From a virus (lineage: Duplodnaviria > Heunggongvirae > Uroviricota > Caudoviricetes): a stretch of DNA of 41,128 nt. The translations under genes were made by a program, and so were the position numbers. Shown piece by piece: positions 39,478-41,128 of this stretch (positions are counted from its first letter, which is position 1; the number at the start of each line of letters is the position of its first letter). Below the pieces are notes generated by a model. That model saw only the letters and a program-made list of their open reading frames with translations. It made no database searches and was not told the origin of the DNA. The stretch covers positions 1-41,128 of the IMG/VR virus record IMGVR_UViG_2718217884_000003; one strand, given 5' to 3'.

Positions 39478-39955
39478 CTTTAGGATTTGCAGAAAGGGAG
39501 GTGTAAACAAATACCTGCGCATGAAAACGGAACTAGTCCAGATGTGATGTTTGTGGTGATCACATACATCATCAACGATGCTCGTTATGGTGAGTTTGAT
39601 GACTACCCGCTGAAGTGAAAATTGTGTTGTGTACCAAATTGCGTACCAAACTAAAATCACAAATCATGAAATCCTTGTTCATGGCGGTTCTCAGGGGTGT
39701 TGCGCGTAATCGTGAAACAAAAAGGTAGATTGTTGCTTACCGTCATTCATCATTAGGTTAAATCCGTTATTTCTGCTGTCTGCCAGAGTATCAAATATCA
39801 CCGTGCTAATCAGCTTTAGCGCCACAATTTGGCAGCGAGTGGCAACAGATCATGTCAGATAAAAATGAGAGGGTAGTCACATTTTCTTGCACTTTATTCC
39901 AGCCAGTTCATAAGTATTTCCGTAAAAAGAACAGCTATTTGAAACTCCTGAGGGT

Positions 39956-41128
39956 TTGCTGTTGAAACGCCGTCTTATTATTGCTGCTTCTTTGTTCGTT
40001 TTTAACTTATCGTCTGGTTTTGCGGCGGAAAACATTCCTTTTTCACCTCAGCCTCCAGAGATTCATGCCGGGTCCTGGGTATTGATGGATTACACCACCG
40101 GTCAGATCCTCACCGCGGGTAATGAGCATCAACAGCGCAATCCCGCCAGCCTGACAAAGCTGATGACGGGTTATGTCGTGGATCGCGCTATCGATAGTCA
40201 TCGCATTACGCCAGACGATATTGTCACCGTGGGGCGCGATGCGTGGGCGAAAGATAATCCGGTGTTTGTCGGTTCTTCACTGATGTTTTTGAAAGAGGGC
40301 GATCGCGTATCGGTACGTGATTTAAGCCGTGGTTTAATTGTGGATTCCGGAAATGACGCTTGTGTTGCTCTGGCTGACTATATTGCCGGTGGGCAACGGC
40401 AGTTTGTTGAAATGATGAACAACTATGCCGAGAAGCTGCATCTCAAGGATACGCATTTTGAAACAGTGCATGGTCTGGATGCACCTGGCCAGCATAGCTC
40501 GGCTTATGATTTAGCTGTGCTTTCTCGTGCTATCATCCACGGCGAGCCCGAGTTTTATCATATGTACAGTGAGAAAAGCCTCACCTGGAACGGTATCACC
40601 CAGCAAAACCGTAACGGGTTATTGTGGGATAAGACCATGAATGTTGACGGCCTGAAAACGGGCCATACTTCTGGTGCCGGGTTTAATCTTATTGCTTCGG
40701 CTGTAGACGGGCAGCGTCGCCTCATTGCAGTGGTAATGGGTGCTGACAGCGCAAAAGGTCGTGAGGAAGAGGCAAAAAAATTACTGCGTTGGGGGCAACA
40801 AAACTTTACTACGGTGCAAATTTTGCACCGTAGGAAAAAGGTCGGTACGGAACGCATCTGGTATGGTGATAAAGAAAATATCGCCCTGGGAACGGAACAA
40901 GAGTTCTGGATGGTGCTACCGAAAGCCGAAATTCCACATATCAAAGCCAAATATACCCTTGATGGTAAAGAACTCACCGCGCCAATTAGCGCCCATCAGC
41001 GGGTAGGGGAAATTGAACTTTACGACCGTGATAAACAGGTGGCGCACTGGCCGCTGGTTACCCTGGAATCTGTCGGGGAAGGCAGCATGTTTTCTCGCCT
41101 GAGTGATTATTTCCACCATAAGGCCTGA
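39956..41128 (+). CDS. dacD: D-alanyl-D-alanine carboxypeptidase DacD (PBP6b), host chromosomal gene
   Basis: Signal peptide then PBP5/6 family motifs (SLTK, SGN, KTG); TTG start at 39956 or 39962; stop at window end. Confidence 0.9.
   Translation: MLLKRRLIIAASLFVFNLSSGFAAENIPFSPQPPEIHAGSWVLMDYTTGQILTAGNEHQQRNPASLTKLMTGYVVDRAIDSHRITPDDIVTVGRDAWAKDNPVFVGSSLMFLKEGDRVSVRDLSRGLIVDSGNDACVALADYIAGGQRQFVEMMNNYAEKLHLKDTHFETVHGLDAPGQHSSAYDLAVLSRAIIHGEPEFYHMYSEKSLTWNGITQQNRNGLLWDKTMNVDGLKTGHTSGAGFNLIASAVDGQRRLIAVVMGADSAKGREEEAKKLLRWGQQNFTTVQILHRRKKVGTERIWYGDKENIALGTEQEFWMVLPKAEIPHIKAKYTLDGKELTAPISAHQRVGEIELYDRDKQVAHWPLVTLESVGEGSMFSRLSDYFHHKA

Overview
The window is almost entirely one lambdoid prophage, from an excisionase at the left edge (integrase and attL must lie further left) to a truncated tail-fibre region at about 39.4-39.9 kb, followed by the host gene dacD (39956..41128). 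The genome is a mosaic. The immunity core is near-identical to phage lambda as I recall it: cI, cro, the three OL and three OR operators, pL/pR, cIII, a kil-like gene, and the S/R/Rz/Rz1 lysis cassette. N and its nut boxB are P22-type, replication is an O-like initiator plus a DnaB-family helicase, and recombination is a Rad52-type annealase plus SSB. The nin region (ninB-E-F-G-H-I) carries an inserted Dam-type methyltransferase, the Q antiterminator is of the QuuD/phage-82 family, and two tRNA genes sit between Q and the holin. The late region encodes terminase, portal, a Mu-F-like head protein, capsid, and a contractile myovirus-type tail with a frameshifted chaperone, a tape measure with a transglycosylase domain, and Mu/P2-like baseplate genes. 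The most interesting feature is an uncharacterised three-gene cargo in the slot where lambda carries rexAB, co-oriented with cI between the cI stop and a terminator just upstream of pL: a 51-aa hydrophobic peptide, a small soluble protein and a 216-aa coiled-coil protein with a C-terminal membrane anchor. This is a candidate lysogen-expressed defence or exclusion system. Other unexplained cargo is a 156-aa gene in the N-cIII slot, a convergent secreted-protein plus DUF4236-like pair inserted in the baseplate operon, and two small genes between lysis and terminase. All homology statements are from memory of protein families; no database search was run.
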